From NCBI GenBank assembly GCA_965235115.1, contig OZ249451.1:7626001-7690000 (forward strand): DNA of 64,000 nucleotides, in the 5' to 3' direction. The DNA comes from Laetmonice hystrix (lineage: Eukaryota). The position numbers were made by a program, and so were the translations under genes. Of this stretch, positions 62,501-64,000 are shown in pieces. Every line of letters starts with the position of its first letter. Within the stretch, counting starts at the first letter, position 1. The notes beneath the pieces are model-generated. The model did not search any database. It was not told where the DNA came from and saw only the letters and a list, made by a program, of their open reading frames with translations.

Positions 62501-64000
62501 CATATGTCACCTTACAATAATAACGTGTGACTTGAATAGCAGTAACCTCTTATGAAGGAGCGTTTTACAGTTAGCTTGTATTCATAATTTGAGGACATGA
62601 AGCCCCCCCCCCCCCGCGCCAGAATGTGAGCCGCATAATATCGGTGCTGGAATATGTTCAAAGATCTTCCACAATAGGTCTCTGATGTGAAGATGATTGG
62701 GGAGCTGATTGTGTCGAAGAAGTCCCCATGCAGTCTTCAGTCCAGTACAAGTTGTAATACAAGGAGGGTTGGGAAATGGTGGTTACGGCACGTTGAGTGA
62801 GTGTGACACATTCCCAGGAACCTAAAGGTAGCTCTGCCCCTCAGCCGCATTCCTAATGGTGCCTACCATACCGTACGGTAGCCGGGGTCGCTTTCAGAAT
62901 GATGCGCCGATGTCTAATGACCGGCAGATGGCGCGCAAGAGGTCTGGCTGCTGTCCCCCTGCCGGGCCTGGCTGGCTCATCCGGGCCTGACCTCTTGACC
63001 CCTGAGGCCGGGAAATGACATCCTCATTTTAAGTAGATAAATTCCATATGGTTGTTGATAATAAATGGTACGGTTGCATTGGTTCGCACAGAGAAATTGT
63101 CCTTTTGCTTTTAGATAATTGTGTTAAAAGTTATGGGAATTTTTGTCTCCCAAGTATTGGTGTTTGTTACTGGATACAAGAAATGCCTCTTTTTCTGGAC
63201 TCTTGGGTAAAGGTCCTTATCTTCAGCCAGTTTAATAGCTAAATGATTAAAGGAATGTCGTCTTTTCTAATAGATTCATTAGCAACGATAGCCTGTTTCA
63301 CCAAAGTTGTACAAAGTAGGCCTGGCGTGTGGAAAGTGTTACAAGACTTGTTCATCCCTGCAGCCGTTAAAGTCATAAAATGTGCATTAGAAAAGCCGAC
63401 ACGTTCCAATGAAAAGGCCATTTATTTTGCATCCAAAACATAAAAACGGGGTTCGCGTTTCATTACAAATGAACTGTAACTTCCAGAACAAACTTATGCA
63501 CGCATCTCAAGTTGCGTCTCGAATTCCGGCCGTCGTTGACATGAAGAATCTGGCAGGTTTGTATGAAGACAAACAGATCCCGACTTTGTTGTTGTCAGAC
63601 GGAAGGCGGGGTGGGATGGTGGGAGCCGACACAGGCCGGGCAGTTTCGGTGGACGGTCGGCTCGGCTTGCGTCAGTTCACACAAACCCGCGGCTCCAAGA
63701 TCCATGTTCTGAACCCCCGACATCGGCCGACTCGGAGACACCCAACACTGACATATACGAAGGGTGGACGACCTCTGACCTGAGGATCGCGTCGGAGGGT
63801 ATAAGCTTCACCCCCGCAATGTCTACAGTGTCTGCGCGTTGTCAGCGGGGCGGGGTGCTGGGTTACCCCGTGATGGACGGGGGTGTGCTGGCATCACACC
63901 CTTTACCTGGACGATCTGTAGTTATCAACCCTTACCAGCTGTGCTCGCTGTGGATTCATTCCGAGATCGTGATCATTCTCAGTGCCGTCAAAGGTCCATC

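Noticed and set aside
49584-64000. Search for the next phase-1 exon of the ARM gene (candidates at ~49790, ~61895, ~63270)
   Set aside because: Each candidate hits a stop quickly or lacks ARM-like sequence; the next exon is probably beyond the window.
1-64000. tRNA, rRNA or tRNA-derived SINE
   Set aside because: No GTTCGA-type T-loop in a cloverleaf context and no rRNA-like stretch seen by eye; tRNAscan-SE would be needed to exclude them formally.

Overview
Intron-rich, AT-rich eukaryotic DNA, most likely an invertebrate deuterostome (echinoderm-like, inferred from protein similarity, many poly-C/G tracts and TAGGCCTA motifs). The supplied ORF track is mostly spurious, so gene models were rebuilt by hand from GT/AG boundaries and reading-frame phase. 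Six genes are present: (1) a secreted, GPI-anchored protein with three Ly6/uPAR (three-finger) domains, built by an intragenic duplication/fusion (99-5372, +); (2) FBXL2/FBXL20 (16 coding exons, -); (3) SNX4 (12 exons, +), head-to-head with FBXL20; (4) ATPSCKMT/FAM173B (4 exons, -); (5) an ASB1/ASB12-like ankyrin-SOCS protein (4 exons, +, first coding intron GC-AG); (6) a 1.38-kb exon of an armadillo-repeat protein resembling invertebrate ARM-TIR proteins, whose remaining exons were not found in the window. Several non-autonomous DNA transposons are present (piggyBac-like, Kolobok-like, Tc1/mariner-like, short GGATCCAGG-type MITEs), plus a foldback-like family carrying an internal minisatellite. 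The most striking observation is in the Ly6 gene: its duplicated exons differ almost only by amino-acid-changing substitutions and are more diverged than the adjacent introns, suggesting diversifying selection on a surface recognition molecule. No tRNA, rRNA or CRISPR array was found.
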